NCBI GenBank assembly: GCA_963976995.1
Contig: CAXBMR010000008.1
Span: 28,416 to 92,415, forward strand
Direction: 5' to 3'
DNA length: 64,000 nt
From: an uncultured Fluviicola sp.
Lineage (GTDB): Bacteria; Bacteroidota; Bacteroidia; Flavobacteriales_D; Crocinitomicaceae
The notes beneath the pieces are model-generated. The model did no database searches. It was not told the DNA's origin and saw only the letters and a list, made by a program, of their open reading frames with translations. Numbering within the stretch: the first letter of the stretch is position 1; every line of letters begins with the position of its first letter. Below, piece by piece: positions 62,958 to 64,000 of the stretch. The position numbers were made by a program, and so were the translations under genes.

Positions 62958-64000
62958 ATGACATTAATTAAATCAATTTCGGGAATCCGAGGAACAATTG
63001 GTGGACAAGTAAACGAAGGTTTAACTCCTCTGGACACGGTCAAATTTGCGGCTGCTTATGGTACTTGGCTCATTAAACGTAATGAGGATGTGACGAAACT
63101 AAAAGTAGTTATTGGAAGAGATGCACGTATCTCAGGACAAATGATTTCAGATCTAGTCTCTTCTACTTTAATTGGTTTAGGTATAAATGTTATCGATCTT
63201 GGCCTATCAACTACTCCAACAGTAGAAGTTGCGGTTCCAATGGAGAACGCACAGGGTGGAATTATTCTAACAGCTTCACACAATCCTAAACAATGGAACG
63301 CGCTGAAGTTGCTCAATGAGTTGGGAGAATTTATCACCGGAGAAGACGGAAACCGCGTTTTAGCAATTGCAGAGGATGAATCTTTCAATTTTGCAGAAGT
63401 CGATAAATTAGGGACTGTAACAAAGAATGATTCGTACTTGCAAAAGCACATTGATGCAATTCTTGCGTTGCCTCTAGTTAACAAAAAAGCTATTGCAGCA
63501 GCTGATTTTTCAGTAGTTGTGGATGCCGTCAATTCAACGGGAGGAATTTTTGTCCCTGCGATGTTAAAAGCATTAGGCGTAAATAGGATTACTGAGTTAT
63601 ATTGTGATCCAACAGGACATTTTCCACACAATCCAGAGCCTTTACCTGAACATTTAACAGATCTTTCTAATAAGATTATAGAAGTAGGTGCAGATGTGGG
63701 ATTCACAGTAGATCCAGATGTTGACAGGCTTGCAATGGTGTGTGAAGACGGAACGATGTTCGGTGAAGAATACACTTTGGTTGCAGTTAGTGATTACGTT
63801 ATCAGTAAAACTCCAGGTGCAAGTGTTTCCAACCTCTCCTCTACTCGTGCATTGAGAGATGTTACAGAAGGAATGGGGCAAACTTACTTCGCTTCTGCCG
63901 TAGGAGAAGTTAATGTTGTCAATAAAATGAAAGCAGAAAATGCAGTTATTGGTGGTGAAGGAAATGGTGGGATTATTTATCCTGAATTACATTATGGACG
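62958..64000 (+). CDS. glmM: Phosphoglucosamine mutase / phosphohexomutase; 3' end lies outside the window
   Basis: This gene is absent from the ORF track because the frame is open-ended. My translation reads MTLIKSISGIRGTIGG...GIILTASHNPKQWNALKL, with the active-site TASHNP. Confidence 0.88.
   Translation, partial: MTLIKSISGIRGTIGGQVNEGLTPLDTVKFAAAYGTWLIKRNEDVTKLKVVIGRDARISGQMISDLVSSTLIGLGINVIDLGLSTTPTVEVAVPMENAQGGIILTASHNPKQWNALKLLNELGEFITGEDGNRVLAIAEDESFNFAEVDKLGTVTKNDSYLQKHIDAILALPLVNKKAIAAADFSVVVDAVNSTGGIFVPAMLKALGVNRITELYCDPTGHFPHNPEPLPEHLTDLSNKIIEVGADVGFTVDPDVDRLAMVCEDGTMFGEEYTLVAVSDYVISKTPGASVSNLSSTRALRDVTEGMGQTYFASAVGEVNVVNKMKAENAVIGGEGNGGIIYPELHYG

Noticed and set aside
63056-63775. 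A 239-aa minus-strand ORF, Ser/Thr/Pro-rich, inside the glmM region.
   Set aside because: It lies entirely antisense to a frame that translates into a clear phosphoglucosamine mutase (GIRG..., TASHNP). Its low-complexity composition is typical of a shadow ORF.

Overview
This AT-rich window is almost fully coding (about 60 CDS) and looks like core chromosome of a Bacteroidota bacterium, probably Flavobacteriia-like. Three observations support that placement: a C-terminal T9SS sorting domain, the bamD-rpoZ-coaBC-DUF4835-recN synteny, and TAnnTTTG -7 promoter boxes without Shine-Dalgarno sites. Most genes are housekeeping: rpmE (type B), panB, rplS, lon, recN, coaBC, rpoZ, bamD, dapA, ligA, prmC, ffh, rsmD, coaD, recF, ribH and glmM. 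I found no rRNA, tRNA, CRISPR array, transposase, integrase, phage gene or recognisable defence or toxin-antitoxin module. I therefore cannot honestly claim a clear novel multi-gene system. The best leads are: (1) a GC-rich, perfect 31-bp inverted-repeat pair with an insertion-scar-like direct repeat between panB and an rluA-family gene; (2) a ~1.7 kb islet between ffh and a glutathione peroxidase gene, holding two orphan secreted or lipoprotein genes, one tightly bracketed by imperfect inverted repeats; (3) a perfect TGTGA-N6-TCACA (Crp/Fnr-type) palindrome at class-II-like distance upstream of a DUF302 gene; (4) a T9SS cargo gene followed by a 756-aa signal-peptide protein with no recognisable domain. 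All protein calls rest on motifs and remembered family signatures read from the supplied translations. No database search was run. Several ORF-track starts were moved to better-supported downstream starts.
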